Of a stretch of DNA of 64,000 nucleotides, positions 60,659 through 64,000 are shown in pieces. The notes beneath the pieces are model-generated. The model ran no database searches and was not told where the DNA came from. It worked only from the letters and a program-made list of their open reading frames with translations. The DNA is from an uncultured Gammaproteobacteria bacterium (GTDB lineage Bacteria > Patescibacteriota > Microgenomatia > Levybacterales > UBA12049), in assembly GCA_964416505.1 (NCBI GenBank), contig CAYQEJ010000002.1:968-64967 (forward strand), written 5' to 3'. The first letter of the stretch is position 1. Every line of letters starts with the position of its first letter. A program made the position numbers and the translations under genes.

Positions 60659-61909
60659 TTACTTATATTTAAGTATTCTTAAGAGCGCTACTGCGATAAC
60701 ACTCATCCCTATTAATGTAATTACCCTAGAAATCCCAATAAAATCAGCAAGGGCACCAACTCCTAAAACAGGAATTATCGACACAATTCCAACTAACGTA
60801 TTCAATGATCCGTAAATTTTACCACGTTGTTTATCTGTAGTCTCTTCCTGAATAAGTGTATTCGAAGGAACAAAAACCAAAGAAAATGCAAAACCAACAA
60901 TCACAGCTAAGGTAACCATAATATGAATATCAGTAATGTGTAGAAAAACTGGAACTAAGGAATTTATTTTTTGAACAAACTCTCTTGAGGTTACCAAATA
61001 GCCATAAGGAAAAAGAAGAATCACAAAACCTATAATTAAAAGTCCGATTTTAGCTAATGTTTGTTTGGACTTTTTATGCCAGAAATTACCAATAAGAACT
61101 GCCCCTATGCTCATTCCTATCACTGCGGGGGTAACAAAAAGTATTGGAAATTTTTCTACTTCAATATGCAAAATGTTTTCAGCATAACCAGGACCTATAA
61201 CTGCTATTATCAATATTAAAGTTTGAAGAAGAGTTAACAAAAACAAAGAATGATATACATTATTTTTCTTTGCCATTAACGAAAAAGCATCCCTCACCTC
61301 TTCAAGAATATTTATCTTAACTTTCTCTGAATTATTTTTTTTAAATTTAATCAAATATGCAAAGAGTGCGGAAAGAAAAAATAGAATCGTAATTAATCCG
61401 AATACATTCTTCTCCCCTAACACCAATAGAAGCGGGCCAGATAATGCATAAGCAACTATAATTGATCCAAATATTCCCATACTAAAAAGTGCATTTGCAC
61501 TTATTAAATTTCGCTTAGGTACCAAAAGAGGAATTATTGGTGTCTCTGCAGGAATAAAAAATTGAGTTATTAAAGAAATTAAAAAGCTTAAAAAATACAC
61601 AAGAAAAAGTTCACCAGAAATAAAAATCAATGGAAAACTTGCTAAAGCACGCAGAAGATTTGTATAAACTAAAACATGTTTTTTATTCCATTTATCAACA
61701 TAAACACCTGCAATTATTCCAAATAATATTGACGGCAGAGTGAAAGATAAAACTACGCCTGCAACAGCAACATTTGATTTAGATAACTGAAAAACCACAA
61801 TTAACAAAATGAAATTCAATAAATTCATTGCAAACTGTGAGAAAAATTCAGAAATAAGAAGATACAAAAAGGATGGAATAGAAAGAACCTTTAAAAAGGG
61901 GTTGGACAT
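60659..61909 (-). CDS. MFS transporter
   Basis: 12 TM; AGVYVDKWNKK, QFFIPAE, IQE.T....RGKIYG. Confidence 0.9.
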   Translation of the reverse strand: MSNPFLKVLSIPSFLYLLISEFFSQFAMNLLNFILLIVVFQLSKSNVAVAGVVLSFTLPSILFGIIAGVYVDKWNKKHVLVYTNLLRALASFPLIFISGELFLVYFLSFLISLITQFFIPAETPIIPLLVPKRNLISANALFSMGIFGSIIVAYALSGPLLLVLGEKNVFGLITILFFLSALFAYLIKFKKNNSEKVKINILEEVRDAFSLMAKKNNVYHSLFLLTLLQTLILIIAVIGPGYAENILHIEVEKFPILFVTPAVIGMSIGAVLIGNFWHKKSKQTLAKIGLLIIGFVILLFPYGYLVTSREFVQKINSLVPVFLHITDIHIMVTLAVIVGFAFSLVFVPSNTLIQEETTDKQRGKIYGSLNTLVGIVSIIPVLGVGALADFIGISRVITLIGMSVIAVALLRILKYK

Positions 61910-61912
61910 AAA

Positions 61913-62473
61913 TTAATTAACTTTTTGCGAATATTCTCCGGTTCTAGTATCAATCTTAACCTTGTCCCCTACTTTTATAAAGAGAGGTACTCTAGTCTTT
62001 AATCCATTATCTAAAGTTGCATCTTTGTAAATATTTGAAGCAGAATTGCCTTTTACACCCGGGTCCGCTTCTTCTACTTCAAAATCCATTTTTGGAGGCA
62101 AGTTAAGAGCTAAAACTTCATTATCTAAAACTGAAATATTAAAACTCTCTCCCTCTTTCAGATACGCTCCATCCGTTCCAACCAAACTTAAAGGAACAGA
62201 AATCTGCTCAAATGTACCAGGATCCATAAAAAAAGCATTTTCCGAATCTTTATAAAGATATTGGACATCCTTCTTAAAAACCTGAACATTATTCACTTTT
62301 GCATTATTAGTAAATCCTTTTTCTGTGGTAGAGCCTTGTCTTATGTTTTTAACTTTTACTTTAATATTTGCTGATCCTCTACCCATTTTTATGTGCTCAT
62401 ATGACAAAACTTGATAGAGTTGTCCATTCTCTTCAAAGATTGTCCCAGCACGAAGTTCTTGTACGCCTATCAT
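61913..62473 (-). CDS. efp: Elongation factor P
   Basis: HIKMGRGSA loop, QYLY.D, PGVKGNS, VPLFI..GD...IDTR.GEY. Confidence 0.96.
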   Translation of the reverse strand: MIGVQELRAGTIFEENGQLYQVLSYEHIKMGRGSANIKVKVKNIRQGSTTEKGFTNNAKVNNVQVFKKDVQYLYKDSENAFFMDPGTFEQISVPLSLVGTDGAYLKEGESFNISVLDNEVLALNLPPKMDFEVEEADPGVKGNSASNIYKDATLDNGLKTRVPLFIKVGDKVKIDTRTGEYSQKVN

Positions 62474-63426
62474 TTATTTCTTCTTACTCGGATCAGTCCA
62501 GATCCGGCAATAATCTCTACTCCTTTCTTTTCTATTAAATCTAAAAATATATTCGCTCCAATTGAATCTGAGGCCATATGTCCTGCATTAATTACATTTA
62601 CATGAAGTTTTTTTAATTCTTTCAATGCGTCTTCTGGGATATGCATGTCAACAAGTGTACCAACTCCTGCTTTAGCAAGTTCTGCATATACCTCTTTTGA
62701 AGGATTTGTTCCTCCTGTAAAGAAAATCGCTACTTTTCCAGCTCTAGACTTGGAACTTCCAGACACAATCTCAGGACCATTCTTGCCCCTCATAGCTTCC
62801 TGATATTCAGGAAGTTCCATGAGATAATCGACTATCTCCCCTACTGTGTCAAATTTCTTCTTTGATAAATAATTTTTCATAAACTCGTCACCAATATTGT
62901 CCCAAGTAGTATGCAGATTCATCAAAGGCATTTCCAAAAGTCTTGCTGTATCAACTATTTGATTGTGATTACTTGGGTGAATCCTTCTTTTTATATCATT
63001 CATTCTTTCCCCCATTAAGGCATCTACAACATTTATAGGGACTCCAGCTTGAGCATAAGCATCTACTTGAAGATCCATAACATCATGAAGTGCTGCAAGA
63101 GAAATTCCAACTGGATGATGTCCAACTACTGCGTCAATTTTTGCACCTTTTTGGTTAAGCCTATCTGCTAATAAAATCTCTGTTGCGTCAGGATCGATCC
63201 CTACTAATATTTTCTTAATCGGTGTCTTAGGGTCACCAAATAGAATTCTTGTGTCAGAATATGGATTCGTAAGCGCTTCCTTATCAAAATACTTTTTCTT
63301 TGACTCTGGAAGCTCTTCAAATTCTTTTTTTATTCTTTTAAGAAGCGACAAAACCCCCGATTTACCTCTTGGATCCGCATTTATACCCATTTCGAGAGCT
63401 AAATCATAAATTTCTTGAAGTGTCAT
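62470..63426 (-). CDS. NIF3-like (NGG1p-interacting factor) protein
   Basis: NPYSDTRI, GID, HHP, HT..DN, MH, AGHMASDSIG.N. Confidence 0.85.
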   Translation of the reverse strand: MTLQEIYDLALEMGINADPRGKSGVLSLLKRIKKEFEELPESKKKYFDKEALTNPYSDTRILFGDPKTPIKKILVGIDPDATEILLADRLNQKGAKIDAVVGHHPVGISLAALHDVMDLQVDAYAQAGVPINVVDALMGERMNDIKRRIHPSNHNQIVDTARLLEMPLMNLHTTWDNIGDEFMKNYLSKKKFDTVGEIVDYLMELPEYQEAMRGKNGPEIVSGSSKSRAGKVAIFFTGGTNPSKEVYAELAKAGVGTLVDMHIPEDALKELKKLHVNVINAGHMASDSIGANIFLDLIEKKGVEIIAGSGLIRVRRNK

Positions 63427-63473
63427 ATGGGAAAGTATATAATATTCGAAGCTAAAAATAAAGATTTAAACGA

Positions 63474-63557
63474 GGCGCGGTGGTGGAATGGTAGACACGA
63501 AGGTCTCAAAAACCTTTGAGCTTTAAACTCATGTGGGTTCGACTCCCTCCCGCGCTA
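63474..63557 (+). tRNA. tRNA-Leu (CAA)
   Basis: GGCGCGG/CCGCGCT stem, AAGGT-CTCAAAA-ACCTT anticodon arm, long variable arm, GGTTCGACTCC. Confidence 0.92.
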
Positions 63558-63568
63558 CTTAATATAAA

Positions 63569-63607
63569 AAAATTAGACTAGCTTCCAAATGTTGCTAGTC
63601 TAATTTT
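63569..63607. terminator. Bidirectional intrinsic terminator
   Basis: AAAATTAGACTAGC...GCTAGTCTAATTTT between the convergent tRNA and ORF. Confidence 0.8.
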
Positions 63608-63637
63608 GTTTCGAAACAAATTACTCAAAGAAAAAAC

Positions 63638-63943
63638 TTAAACAGTTCCTCCTTGACCAGATGTTCCTTGATCTCCACCCCCCATTCCTGGATCTTGAGG
63701 TGGCATTCCACCTGCATTTGGGTCTGGTGTTGGAGTAGGTGCTGGAGGTGGTGGCGTCCAACCTTGATTTGGATCAACTACTGGAGCCTCTTGTCCTACA
63801 CCTGGATCAGCTGGAGGTGGAGTTGTTCCACCAACGTTTGGATCTTGTGCTGGCATTCCCCCTCCCATTCCTGGATCTACGGGTGGCATTCCACCTGCAT
63901 TTGGGTCTGGTGTTCCTACTGTTGGGTTATTTTGGTCGTCCAT
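63638..63943 (-). CDS. Low-complexity Pro/Gly/Asp repeat protein
   Basis: SD GGAGGTGA; DP-repeat units; exact 33-nt repeat at 63699 and 63882. Confidence 0.7.
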   Translation of the reverse strand: MDDQNNPTVGTPDPNAGGMPPVDPGMGGGMPAQDPNVGGTTPPPADPGVGQEAPVVDPNQGWTPPPPAPTPTPDPNAGGMPPQDPGMGGGDQGTSGQGGTV

Positions 63944-64000
63944 ATAATCACCTCCCTCTTGCCTGGGTAACCAGGACTTTGTCTTATCATATCGGTCTTA

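Overview
AT-rich bacterial chromosome segment using code 11 (TGA is stop). Gene content points to a Patescibacteria/CPR organism, probably Microgenomates: a PPIase-less trigger factor, a short HolB, CPR-type conserved hypotheticals, a full type IV pilus cluster and an H+-PPase (taxonomy is inference). The backbone holds four cell-wall hydrolases, four tRNAs, tig, thrS-infC-rpmI-rplT, pheST, a class A PBP, tyrS, recG, rpmF-nusB-rnc-rpsP-khpA-trmD, the pilus cluster, holB, gyrB-hppA-gyrA-folD, a Xer recombinase, yebC, rluA, an MFS transporter and efp. The most notable unexplained structures are five. (1) An array of single-gene cassettes downstream of holB, punctuated by three extra 45-bp copies of the holB 3' end. 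The copies differ from holB mostly at synonymous sites and diverge progressively with distance, and REP-like palindromes are interspersed. (2) Two leader-peptide attenuators with an identical 29-nt terminator: a Phe/Tyr leader before a divergent pheA, and an Ile/Leu/Val leader before an operon of orphan genes. (3) A candidate 11-6-11 dif site at the gene-orientation switch, whose arm motif also covers the xer promoter. (4) An intergenic-enriched TAGCCTC motif. (5) Pervasive promoter geometry suggesting leaderless mRNAs. All calls come from reading the sequence; no database searches were run.
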